From assembly GCA_041675205.1 (NCBI GenBank), contig JBAYUF010000002.1, positions 1,731 through 65,730 on the forward strand: 64,000 nt of DNA, given 5' to 3'. Positions 8,800-16,679 of the stretch are shown here, in pieces; position 1 is the stretch's first letter, and every line of letters begins with the position of its first letter. The notes below the pieces were generated by a model, which had not been told where the DNA came from, did not search any database, and worked only from the letters and a program-made list of their open reading frames with translations. This DNA comes from Patescibacteria group bacterium. Its GTDB lineage: Bacteria > Patescibacteriota > Patescibacteriia > GWA2-46-9. A program made the position numbers and the translations under genes.

Positions 8800-10251
8800 A
8801 TGGTACCAATGATACCTCTTGGCGCGGTCATTCAAGAGCTCAAGGAATCGAGCAACCGTCGTGGGCTCAACCTCCAACTGCCCTGTGACGGGCACTACCA
8901 GCCCGGGGATTTGCGCTGGGCCTTTGGATACGACATGCGCACCTCATGGTGGGCACTTGTGGAATTCCGCTGGCTCGAAACGTTGGCAGCAACCGGGCAG
9001 ATGCCGGTTATGACTGGCACGCTGCTGACGCCGAATCTTCTCCGACGTGTCTTCGAGAAGACGCATACGGCGCGGGTAACGAGGCGTGAACGGGGAACGC
9101 CAACGAACCCCGGAACAGGGCACGACGTTCTTGCCCTCTTGGCGTGCATGCGTCAAGCGCTGCCACGGGAACTGCACCAGTACCTGCACCTCGATCTGAC
9201 ATCGTACGACACCATTTCGACCGCTTACGCGTTGCAAATGCGCGAAGCGTTCGAGGAGACGTTCTACGTCAAAGCTGGTGAAGTTGACCAACGGTGGCGA
9301 AGCCTGATTGCAGAGTACGCCGAGGTGGTCCAAATTGGACGGACTCACCTCCAGTACGCCCTACCCATCACCGTGGGTTGCTGGCTCGCTCAACTGCGTA
9401 ACCGTTTCGCGGCAAGCGTTCGTGAAGCAAGGAAACTCAGTCGCGCGATTCCTGGGAAAGCGAGTGGTGCAGTAGGCACGAGTGCGGCGCTGCGACACCA
9501 CTTTGGAACGAACGACCTCGAAGTTGGGCTACTCAATTCCTTGCGGTTGCCGCGGCCGCTGCAGTCTACCCAGATCACACCGCCAGAAGCGTTCGTCAGA
9601 TTTCTGGGTGAAATTGTACTGACCTCTGGGTCACTGGCTAATCTGGGGGAAGACGTACGGCTGCTGCAGTCGTCTGACATCGGAGAATTGACGAGCATCG
9701 GCTCAACAAGCTCGACGATGGCACATAAGACTGGTAACCCGGTGGCAGCCGAGAATATGGCCGGCATGCACGGCAGTGTTCTTGGTGCGTACACCATGGT
9801 ACTCGGAACACTCGTAAGCGACCTGCAGCGAGACCTTCGCGGATCGAGCGTGATGCGCGGCTTCGGCGGCGTACTTTGCTACACCTACCAGCAGCTACTA
9901 ACCGCCGACCGGTTGCTGAAAAGTCTGCGGGTAAACGAGGCTCGCTGCACAGAGAATCTGCAGAAAGCCGGACCGTGTGTAACGGCCGAACTGCTTTACG
10001 TATCACTGCTGCATGCGGGCTTCGCGAATGCCCATACGCTCGTGAACAAGGTAATCGTTCCGGCGGCGCGGGCAACTGGTTGCGACTTGGTAGTTGCCAC
10101 AGACACGGTCATCAAGCAGACGCGAAACAGACGGCTTCGCGCCGCTTGGACTCTCGTTCCGGAGGAAACGAGAAGGCAAATCGCTTCGCCCAGAGACTAC
10201 CTTGGTGATGCAGTAAAGTTGGCGGTTCGAACTGCCCACGATCAACTGTAA
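8800..10251 (+). CDS. adenylosuccinate lyase family protein (class I fumarate-lyase fold; PurB-like)
   Basis: 483 aa and GC-rich. The fumarate-lyase signature is GSTSSTMAHKTGNPVAAEN (GSSxMPxKxNP). An N-terminal W..EF.WLETLAA block resembles PurB. Its base composition is clearly different from the neighbouring genes. Confidence 0.65.
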   Translation: MVPMIPLGAVIQELKESSNRRGLNLQLPCDGHYQPGDLRWAFGYDMRTSWWALVEFRWLETLAATGQMPVMTGTLLTPNLLRRVFEKTHTARVTRRERGTPTNPGTGHDVLALLACMRQALPRELHQYLHLDLTSYDTISTAYALQMREAFEETFYVKAGEVDQRWRSLIAEYAEVVQIGRTHLQYALPITVGCWLAQLRNRFAASVREARKLSRAIPGKASGAVGTSAALRHHFGTNDLEVGLLNSLRLPRPLQSTQITPPEAFVRFLGEIVLTSGSLANLGEDVRLLQSSDIGELTSIGSTSSTMAHKTGNPVAAENMAGMHGSVLGAYTMVLGTLVSDLQRDLRGSSVMRGFGGVLCYTYQQLLTADRLLKSLRVNEARCTENLQKAGPCVTAELLYVSLLHAGFANAHTLVNKVIVPAARATGCDLVVATDTVIKQTRNRRLRAAWTLVPEETRRQIASPRDYLGDAVKLAVRTAHDQL

Positions 10252-10264
10252 AGAAAGGGAGGAA

Positions 10265-10298
10265 CAAAGAGGGAAACGGCCGTCCGGACGAAAGTCTG
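10265..10298 (+). terminator. stem-loop AACGGCCGTCCGGA...TCTGGACGGCCGTT after the lyase gene
   Basis: Near-perfect 14-bp inverted repeat 14 bp after the stop. The tail is not strongly U-rich. Confidence 0.4.
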
Positions 10299-10327
10299 GA
10301 CGGCCGTTCTCATTACAGAAATTAATA

Positions 10328-10597
10328 CTAGCTATCTAAGAGAACGAAAACGATATCGGTTAACGCCTTGATCTTATGATACGTTCGAGCTGGAAATTCA
10401 ATTTTTGCAGGCCCTTGAATCTTATAGATACGATCTCCTGTTGTTACTTCAGCCATTCCTTTAAGTAGATAAATTAGCTCGGCTGCATTCTCAGAGTTGT
10501 CACCCGATACTGACTCTCTGTTTCTTAAAAAAATTTTGAGACCTGCCGCTTCATAAACCTTCCCTTTTAAATCATCACGGATGAGTTTCATTTCCAT
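10328..10597 (-). CDS. cupin-domain protein
   Basis: 89 aa. GDNSENAAELIYLLKGMAEVTTGDRIYKIQGP fits a small single-domain cupin beta-barrel. Confidence 0.5.
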   Translation of the reverse strand: MEMKLIRDDLKGKVYEAAGLKIFLRNRESVSGDNSENAAELIYLLKGMAEVTTGDRIYKIQGPAKIEFPARTYHKIKALTDIVFVLLDS

Positions 10598-10613
10598 AAT
10601 TAGGAAGACTATT

Positions 10614-10919
10614 TTACTTACCTTTAACCTTTACATTGACGCCACCAACTTTCTTATATGTTCGTTGCTTATTCTTTTTAATCTTTTTTACAATTTCTTT
10701 TTCTAAATCAACGTCTAGCATTTTAGATAGAGAAAGAAGATAAATTGCAACATCGGCCAACTCTTCACCTATATCAGGCAATTTTTTATGATAGGCACGG
10801 AACGCCTCGGCGAGCTCATCAAAGGTTAAACAAAATTCCAAATTAATATCATCGATATTGAACTTCTTTGTATTTTTATTTTCCCAAATCTCTTTTAGAA
10901 TTTTTTGGAAATCGATCAT
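10614..10919 (-). CDS. MazG-like nucleotide pyrophosphohydrolase-family small protein
   Basis: 101 aa. EFCLTFDELAEAFRAYHKK...EELADVAIYLLSLSKMLDVDL matches the all-alpha NTP-PPase (MazG/HisE-like) motif. Confidence 0.55.
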   Translation of the reverse strand: MIDFQKILKEIWENKNTKKFNIDDINLEFCLTFDELAEAFRAYHKKLPDIGEELADVAIYLLSLSKMLDVDLEKEIVKKIKKNKQRTYKKVGGVNVKVKGK

Positions 10920-10944
10920 AGAGGCTTTATAGAAATTGAATGTC

Positions 10945-11361
10945 TCAACACTTCAACTCAAAGGTCGGGAATCGGTCACAACTCTCGCCTCGTTCCCTCG
11001 ACTCCGCTGCTGCGGAGCTACTGACAATTCATGACATTCTGATCACATCAGAATGGGTGTTATTGTTGTCGGCTGCGACCCCGCCTCACGAGTTTATCCC
11101 GCACACAGTGAGGGGCTCCGGCTTTCGAATCCCTCACGCGAATGAAGCAGTTCATTCGCTCCCTTCCTCGTTCACAAAGTTCACTTCAAGGGAGGGTCGG
11201 GAATCGGTCACAACTCTCGTTCGCTTCCGCTCACTCGGTCGCGACCCCGCCTCACGGTCTTCGTCGTCAGCAATACTCCTCAGACATCGTTCCGGCTTTC
11301 GAATCCCTCACGCGAATGAAGCAGTTCATTCGCTCCCTTCCTTCGTTCACAAAGTTCACTT
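10945..11361. repeat. two imperfect tandem copies (~235 and ~170 bp) of a unit that starts with a tRNA-Ser 3'-end-like segment, immediately 3' of tRNA-Ser
   Basis: Shared blocks are GGTCGGGAATCGGTCACAACTCTCG (x2), CGACCCCGCCTCAC (x2) and a ~70-bp block CCGGCTTTCGAATCCCTCACGCGAATGAAGCAGTTCATTCGCTCCCTTCCT(T)CGTTCACAAAGTTCACTTC (x2). The last of these abuts the real tRNA end, GGAAGGGGAGGGATTCGAACCCTCG. The track ORFs 10940..11398 and 11142..11462 are translations of these repeats. Confidence 0.65.
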
Positions 11362-11448
11362 CGGAAGGGGAGGGATTCGAACCCTCGAGATCTTGTAGGA
11401 TCTACCGCATTTCGAGTGCGGCCCATTCGACCACTCTGGCACCCTTCC
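11362..11448 (-). tRNA. tRNA-Ser (anticodon CGA), class II with long variable arm
   Basis: The reverse complement GGAAGGGTGCCAGAGTGGTCGAATGGGCCGCACTCGAAATGCGGTAGATCCTACAAGATCTCGAGGGTTCGAATCCCTCCCCTTCCG has a 7-bp acceptor stem, a D-loop GAGTGGTCGAA, anticodon loop CUCGAAA, an 18-nt variable stem-loop and TpsiC loop TTCGAAT. CCA is not encoded. Confidence 0.85.
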
Positions 11449-11568
11449 ATAGGCTTACTTAGTGTACAGAACTATTCGTATGACCGCGCGACCACTTTGG
11501 CACCCTTCCACAGGTTTACTTAGAAACGTGCTTCGCACGCTACCATGACCGAACGTCTTCAACAAGCT

Positions 11569-13221
11569 TTATGGTACTAACCGTAGATGAAATGCGGCAA
11601 CACCATAGTGTCGCGAATGATCTTGATAGCGGGTTGCTAACCATAATAAAGCTTCCGATGCTGTTTCAAAGCCTAAATCAAATGGATGGTGCGCTGCAAC
11701 CAGATGGTCAAAAGATGCATACGGCCGAATAGACTCGACCGCCAATCGAACGCAATGAGCACCGTTTCCTTCTTGATAACACAGCAGTATGTCGCCTTCG
11801 CGAACCCGTTCATGGCCACCAGCTAGTAAGCGCGGGTCAACCCGTCGCCGTCCACTAGAAAGTAGTGAAAACGAAAACGCATCATATTCAAATACATGTA
11901 CCCGTCGTGTTTCTAATAAGGGCAGCGCCATAAGCACCCAAAATAATATGGAGAGGTCATTTTTAAAATACGGAACATCCACCAGCCCATGAATAACTAA
12001 CGCCAACATTGCGGCAATTGCTCCAGCAACTACCGGGCTATTCCGTCGCGGCCAGGCATGAACAAAAAAGGCCGCGAGCAGCCAGACAAATGCGAGGAGA
12101 CCAGCCAGACCAAGCTCTACCCAGGCATTTAAGAAAAGATTATGTGGGTAGAGAAATATTTCTATTTTGTAGGGCGTAATATTTGGTCGCCAATCTACAT
12201 GATACGGTGCAACTGCTTGCTGATAATTTGCTAAACCGGCGCCTGTTATGGGGTGGTCTTTTATAAGCTCGACAGTCTCTTCCCATACCGCCAACCGCAT
12301 TGCGCCGGACGGCGCGCTAAATGAAAAGCTTTGCTCAACTTTTAATCTGAGTGTTGGCACAAAAGCCAAAAAGCCGACAAATAAGAATGCTGCGCCTACG
12401 ACAACTACTCGGTGTCGATTTTTTGAAACAAGCAAGATGGCGACAAAGGTACTAATGGCCACCCCCAACCACGCACCTTTCGTTTGAGACAAAACAATGG
12501 CGCTCACGCCAAAAATAACGACAATGAGCGACCACCAAAATGATTGCTGCCGACGATATGAAGTTATGAGGAGCGGGATGTAAAGCGCAATAATTGGCGC
12601 CAGCAACAGACCAACAGCATTGGGGTATGGAAAAACGCTTGTGAATTTTAAAACCGCTGCACTGGCGTATGGCTCTGGTACGTAGCCAGTGAAGTACTGC
12701 AACCATGCACCCATAGCGACAAAAATCGCGAGGCCACCGAGAGCGTGGAGCAGCCAAATTCGTTCACGTGCGCCACGAAATTCGATAACCAGGATAGTGA
12801 AGAGCAGCATGGGATCAATAAAGTACGCCTTCCAGGCGCCAAGTGCGGCATCAATATTTGGCGAAAGAATTGCGCTGACTGTAGCGGTTAACAAAAACGC
12901 AAGTAGTGGGTAAAGAACGGGATGAAAAGGATTGTCAGTACTTACGGTGCTTCCTGCTGGTAGCCGTGGCCAACCATGGTGGCGGACCATTCTCAAAAAC
13001 CAAACAGCCGCGACAACAGTGATGGTTAGTTCAAGAAGTGTTGTTGGGATACCAAAGAGCTCAATCCGGACGAGATACGTTGGGAGTAAAAAAACAATTA
13101 AAGCCAGCGCCCTTTTAGGTGCTCGGTACGTGAGCAAAGCAAAACTAAGTAAGTAAGCGCTTATTAAAATCGTAGAATCCATGATTTTATTATACCGCAA
13201 AACTAAATTCCCGGGTTGCAA
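11569..13221 (-). CDS. O-antigen ligase (Wzy_C/RfaL)-family polytopic membrane protein fused to a C-terminal ASCH-like domain
   Basis: 550 aa with ~11 TM helices. The O-antigen-ligase hallmark is SQTKGAWLGVAISTF. The C-terminal ~100 aa (...GDILLCYQEGNGAHCVRLAVESIRPYASFDHLVAAHHPFDLGFETASEALLWLATRYQDH...) resemble the ASCH/PUA-like fold. Confidence 0.65.
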   Translation of the reverse strand: MQPGNLVLRYNKIMDSTILISAYLLSFALLTYRAPKRALALIVFLLPTYLVRIELFGIPTTLLELTITVVAAVWFLRMVRHHGWPRLPAGSTVSTDNPFHPVLYPLLAFLLTATVSAILSPNIDAALGAWKAYFIDPMLLFTILVIEFRGARERIWLLHALGGLAIFVAMGAWLQYFTGYVPEPYASAAVLKFTSVFPYPNAVGLLLAPIIALYIPLLITSYRRQQSFWWSLIVVIFGVSAIVLSQTKGAWLGVAISTFVAILLVSKNRHRVVVVGAAFLFVGFLAFVPTLRLKVEQSFSFSAPSGAMRLAVWEETVELIKDHPITGAGLANYQQAVAPYHVDWRPNITPYKIEIFLYPHNLFLNAWVELGLAGLLAFVWLLAAFFVHAWPRRNSPVVAGAIAAMLALVIHGLVDVPYFKNDLSILFWVLMALPLLETRRVHVFEYDAFSFSLLSSGRRRVDPRLLAGGHERVREGDILLCYQEGNGAHCVRLAVESIRPYASFDHLVAAHHPFDLGFETASEALLWLATRYQDHSRHYGVAAFHLRLVP

Positions 13222-13248
13222 TGTGACTACCGGAAAAGTCTACTACCG

Positions 13249-14670
13249 TCACTTTTGAAACGTGGTCCGTGCATCAAAAAATAATTGACGAACCAGTGGA
13301 CTAGAAACAAATAACACAAGGGTGTAGACAAGTACGGCAAACGGAATAACTAACCATAGAACAAAACTACTGGCGTAAATTAGCCACGCAACCATGACAG
13401 CGGTAGCCAACATTGCGGGCAGTATACTAGCGAGTCGGAACCGAATACCCACTGACACGAGATACCCAAACAGCAAAACGGCAATCAGCAGCTCCACTGC
13501 CACGGTCATGCTTGCCGCACCCAATGCCCCAAAACGAGGAATTGCGATGACATACCCGAACAAGCTTACTGCGGCAGCGACCGCATACGCCCAAAGCACT
13601 TTGCGCTGCTGGCCAATTGCAACAATGAGATGCCCGAAGTAGGTACCAATAAATATTATGCCCGTCGCAATGCCAAGTAACTGTAGAACTGGTGTACCAA
13701 GCGCCACGAACTCTTGTCCAAAGTAGACGGTGAACCGTGGAGCTGTCATTACGACACCCACCGCGATGGGAAAAGCAAAATAACACACGGCTGCAAATCC
13801 GTTTTGCGTGATGCGTCGGAAACGATCTTTGTCTTCTGTGAGCCACGCTGCCGTTAGTACTGGAAGTAGCAGACCAACAAACATGGTGGGGAACGTAATG
13901 AGCACTTCTAAGACCCGATACATTGCTCCGTACACACCAACTTCTGCTTCGTCGCGCACGAAAGAAAGTATAAGGGTGTCGGCTTTTAGATAGACAAGGT
14001 TTAAAACAACGCCAAGCGCAATCGGCCATGAGCGCTGCCAAATGAGGCGCCATAATTCACTGTCATACGCGAAACGCAAACGAACGAATGGCCGTGCCAA
14101 CCAAGCCGCAACCGCTACGTTAACTATGCTTGAAACAGTAACTGCTAAGGCAATAAAAAGTATCCCGCGCCCGGTGGCTATAGCCGCAACAACGGCGAGT
14201 AGAAGCACCAATCGGGAAAGTACCTCGGCAATAGTCGCTCGCCAAATGGTAAGTGTTTGCTGAAACAGACCAGTAAACACCTGGAGCACTGCGACGCAGA
14301 CAAACGACAGTACCAATACAACCACACCTTGTTTCACAAGCAAGCTGTATGGAAATAGCCAAACAAGCAGTGGGGCAAGAGCAAGAGCGAATAAGGCGGT
14401 GACAGCACGGAATGCCAATACATTAGAAAATACTTTTTGCCGGTCGGTGGTAAATTCTGCAAATAGCTGGCTACTGACGAGTACCAATCCTAAATCAATC
14501 GCTACTGCAAAGAACTGCAGGTACGTTGTCATGATGGTATACGTCCCATAACCACCGGCACCAAGGTAGTTGGTCAGTAAAAGTACTACCCCCCAACCAA
14601 GCGCGATGCTGAGTATTTTACCGACGGACTGAATTATTGTATTTGTCGCTAGGCGCCCGGAAAGTGACAT
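13249..14670 (-). CDS. polysaccharide biosynthesis protein / Wzx-type flippase (MOP superfamily)
   Basis: 473 aa with ~14 TM helices. The N-terminal pattern (TIIQSVGKILSIALGWGVVLLLTNYLGAGGYGTYTI) is typical of Wzx/MurJ-like exporters. Confidence 0.75.
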   Translation of the reverse strand: MSLSGRLATNTIIQSVGKILSIALGWGVVLLLTNYLGAGGYGTYTIMTTYLQFFAVAIDLGLVLVSSQLFAEFTTDRQKVFSNVLAFRAVTALFALALAPLLVWLFPYSLLVKQGVVVLVLSFVCVAVLQVFTGLFQQTLTIWRATIAEVLSRLVLLLAVVAAIATGRGILFIALAVTVSSIVNVAVAAWLARPFVRLRFAYDSELWRLIWQRSWPIALGVVLNLVYLKADTLILSFVRDEAEVGVYGAMYRVLEVLITFPTMFVGLLLPVLTAAWLTEDKDRFRRITQNGFAAVCYFAFPIAVGVVMTAPRFTVYFGQEFVALGTPVLQLLGIATGIIFIGTYFGHLIVAIGQQRKVLWAYAVAAAVSLFGYVIAIPRFGALGAASMTVAVELLIAVLLFGYLVSVGIRFRLASILPAMLATAVMVAWLIYASSFVLWLVIPFAVLVYTLVLFVSSPLVRQLFFDARTTFQK

Positions 14671-14671
14671 A

Positions 14672-14700
14672 TTGACACGTTGGCAAGGCTATGCTAAAGT
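14672..14700 (+). promoter_or_regulatory. sigma70-like promoter: TTGACA - 17 bp - TAAAGT
   Basis: -35 TTGACA at 14672-14677, exact 17-bp spacer, -10 TAAAGT at 14695-14700. It faces the structured element downstream. Confidence 0.45.
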
Positions 14701-14707
14701 TTTCTGT

Positions 14708-14866
14708 TTTGAGTTCGAGGAACTGCATCCACGACAAGCGTGGGGTCTTCGGGCGGAGGCAATCTTGGTGCTTGCACTCAGATTTTCCCCACTTCGGGCC
14801 TCTTGGATGCAGTTCCCCGGTCGCAAAACAAACAAGCTCGCACTAGTGTGCGAGCTTGTTTTCTTA
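14708..14866 (+). ncRNA. candidate small structured RNA (~160 nt) bounded by the promoter above and an intrinsic terminator
   Basis: A 13-bp perfect long-range stem (GGAACUGCAUCCA 14719-14731 with UGGAUGCAGUUCC 14804-14816) encloses an inner GUGGGG/CCCCAC stem and small hairpins. The terminator hairpin 14832-14859 plus U-run follows. No conserved protein is encoded (ORF 14672..14896 rejected). Confidence 0.4.
14830..14866. terminator. rho-independent terminator hairpin ACAAGCUCGCAC-uagu-GUGCGAGCUUGU with U/A runs on both sides (bidirectional)
   Basis: 12-bp perfect stem. T-run TTTTCTTATT on the + strand and TTTGTTTTG on the - strand. It lies at the 3' end of the minus-strand gene 14864..15076. 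Confidence 0.7.
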
Positions 14867-15076
14867 TTCGTCGGCGTTCAAAATTTCATTGAGTAATTCT
14901 CTTGTCTGGTCACGTCGGTCATCCGTGGCCGCACCGTCAACCGCTACGACTAACTGCAATACGCTGCCTTCGGCCGCTTCGTCCGGGAGCTCGGCACTTG
15001 GCCAATAAATTTCTTGACCATCGCTTGTCCTGAGAATTGCATCGTCTCCTTCAAACCGATCAATAGTTGCTTCCAT
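14864..15076 (-). CDS. DUF3006-family small protein
   Basis: 70 aa. MEATIDRFEGDDAILRTSDGQEIYWPSAELPDEAAEGSVLQL matches the DUF3006 pattern (IDRFEGD.AVL....G....P...LP..A.EG.VL). Confidence 0.55.
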   Translation of the reverse strand: MEATIDRFEGDDAILRTSDGQEIYWPSAELPDEAAEGSVLQLVVAVDGAATDDRRDQTRELLNEILNADE

Positions 15077-15083
15077 ATGTATG

Positions 15084-15533
15084 TTAGGTTACAACGCGCA
15101 CGGTAACCGCGGTTGGTTCACTGCGCGTAAGAGTAATTGTTAATACACCGTCTTGCATTGTAGCGGTAGCGCTGTCTGCTTGTACTGACACCGGAAGGAC
15201 AACGGAACGTGAGAATGCCCCCCAATAACATTCCTGCACCATATACTGCTTAACTTCTTGGCTGTACTTTTCATGACGTTCACCACGAACAGTTAGAAGA
15301 TCGTTGTGCAGCGCGATAACGATATCTTCTGGTCGAACACCAGCAATGGCGCTCTGAACAACCACCTGACTATCGGTCACATAAACATCTAGCGCAAGAG
15401 CACCCTCAGATGTGGCTGATTGAAATGCTTCGTCACTTCGCGCAATCGGAGGCGTGAACACTGCTTCGGCACGATCACTCACCGGTACAGAATGCACCGG
15501 GGTTCGTTTCGATTTTTTAAAAAGCCATGCCAT
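15084..15533 (-). CDS. Hsp20/alpha-crystallin family small heat-shock protein
   Basis: It has an alpha-crystallin domain: ALDVYVTDSQVVVQSAIAGVRPEDIVIALHNDLLTVRGER...GAFSRSVVLPVSVQADSATATMQDGVLTITL. The start was chosen at internal MAWLFKK (15533). The track ORF extends to 15701. Confidence 0.8.
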   Translation of the reverse strand: MAWLFKKSKRTPVHSVPVSDRAEAVFTPPIARSDEAFQSATSEGALALDVYVTDSQVVVQSAIAGVRPEDIVIALHNDLLTVRGERHEKYSQEVKQYMVQECYWGAFSRSVVLPVSVQADSATATMQDGVLTITLTRSEPTAVTVRVVT

Positions 15534-15579
15534 AGTATGAACGCCGTTCAGTATACTGAGGTCTGCTGTCTGTAGCAAG

Positions 15580-16677
15580 TTACTTGGGATTAACTGCCTC
15601 CGCGCTTCTGAGCGACGGAACAAAATGCACCCACAGTAAGCCGGGGGCAATGGGTACGGCATTCCCATCTTTGTCGAAGTATTGCAGCGGCCCGTCAGCA
15701 TTCACCTTGCTCCACGAAATTGAATATTGCTGACCATTCCGGAGTAGTAGCGCTTTGCCACTACCCGTAACTCGCACGGTAACCGCATCGGGCACCCCAG
15801 GGCGAGGTGCTGGCAAAACGTCTGTTTCAAGTAGTAGGACCGTAGCGGCACGAATAGTTTCATGCGTGGTTCTGTCGATTGCTTCTACGCCACCAATGAA
15901 CCGTTCATAGCCCTGATTGCCTTCATTCCACTTCCACACGGTTTGGTATGTCAGGAGTGACGACGGTGAAACGCGCACCTGCGAAGCAGCCACACCACCA
16001 CCAGGCGCATTGTCGTGCGCCGCCATTGCCGTAACACCCGGCCATACTAACCAGTCGTTCGAGGCGGCCAAAAGGTCTAACTGAAAAATACTAGAAAACA
16101 AATTGTGAGGAGCGGGACTGCTTGATTGCCTTGCGTAGTACTTACCATTACGAAACTCGTCTGCATCGAGCAATCCGGTATTTTGTTTTAATCGCTGAAG
16201 CGCCAACGGACTGCCACCCGAATGCACATAGAGAGCATGAAAGCCTTGAACAATTGGCAGGACATACTCTCGAGCAGAACGTACCGGACCAATAACCACA
16301 TTCTCATCTGTTTGCCACAGTGCTAACAACCTCGTAAGCCCACCTTCAACTGGAAATTCAAACACAACGGCAGCTTTACTTAACCCTGCGGCCGGTCGAG
16401 CCGCAACACTATTATCGATCATGGCGGCAATGGGTAGTTTTGTGGCAACGGTGAGTGAAACCGGAGAACCGTTTAATAATGACGGCGTCGTTGTTACTGC
16501 TGGTGCTACTACTGGCACGACAGGTGCGGGTTGTGGTGATTGTAAAATAAAAAAGTATACGAGCAACGCATTCGTGATTACCAAAAGCCACAATGTGACG
16601 AGCCAACTATGTCGCCGCAGTAGGCCGCGCAAAATAACCCACGAGCGCAAAACCTTCGTACGAACCTGATTCAACAT
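15580..16677 (-). CDS. DUF3048 domain-containing (YerB-like) membrane-anchored protein
   Basis: 365 aa with an N-terminal TM anchor. IDNSVAARPAAGLSKAAVVFEFPVEGGLTRLLALWQ matches the DUF3048 N-terminal signature. Confidence 0.6.
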   Translation of the reverse strand: MLNQVRTKVLRSWVILRGLLRRHSWLVTLWLLVITNALLVYFFILQSPQPAPVVPVVAPAVTTTPSLLNGSPVSLTVATKLPIAAMIDNSVAARPAAGLSKAAVVFEFPVEGGLTRLLALWQTDENVVIGPVRSAREYVLPIVQGFHALYVHSGGSPLALQRLKQNTGLLDADEFRNGKYYARQSSSPAPHNLFSSIFQLDLLAASNDWLVWPGVTAMAAHDNAPGGGVAASQVRVSPSSLLTYQTVWKWNEGNQGYERFIGGVEAIDRTTHETIRAATVLLLETDVLPAPRPGVPDAVTVRVTGSGKALLLRNGQQYSISWSKVNADGPLQYFDKDGNAVPIAPGLLWVHFVPSLRSAEAVNPK

Positions 16678-16679
16678 AC

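Noticed and set aside
8944-10075. Antisense ORFs inside the adenylosuccinate-lyase-family gene
   Set aside because: Same GC-rich artefact. The sense ORF carries a clear family signature.
10945-11361. CRISPR array hypothesis for the tandem repeats near tRNA-Ser and for the A/B/C island repeats
   Set aside because: There is no short, regularly spaced repeat-spacer periodicity. Units are long (60-240 bp), imperfect and contiguous with tRNA-end-like sequence. No cas genes are present.
10940-11462. Track ORFs 10940..11398 (152 aa) and 11142..11462 (106 aa) with internally repeated peptide segments
   Set aside because: They are translations of the tandem degenerate tRNA-Ser-end repeats and of the tRNA gene itself (antisense). 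There is no RBS or protein-family signal.
14672-14896. 74-aa ORF spanning the candidate sRNA
   Set aside because: It runs through the promoter, the long hairpins and the terminator palindrome. Its hydrophobic stretch is the translated terminator stem. The structured-RNA reading is preferred.
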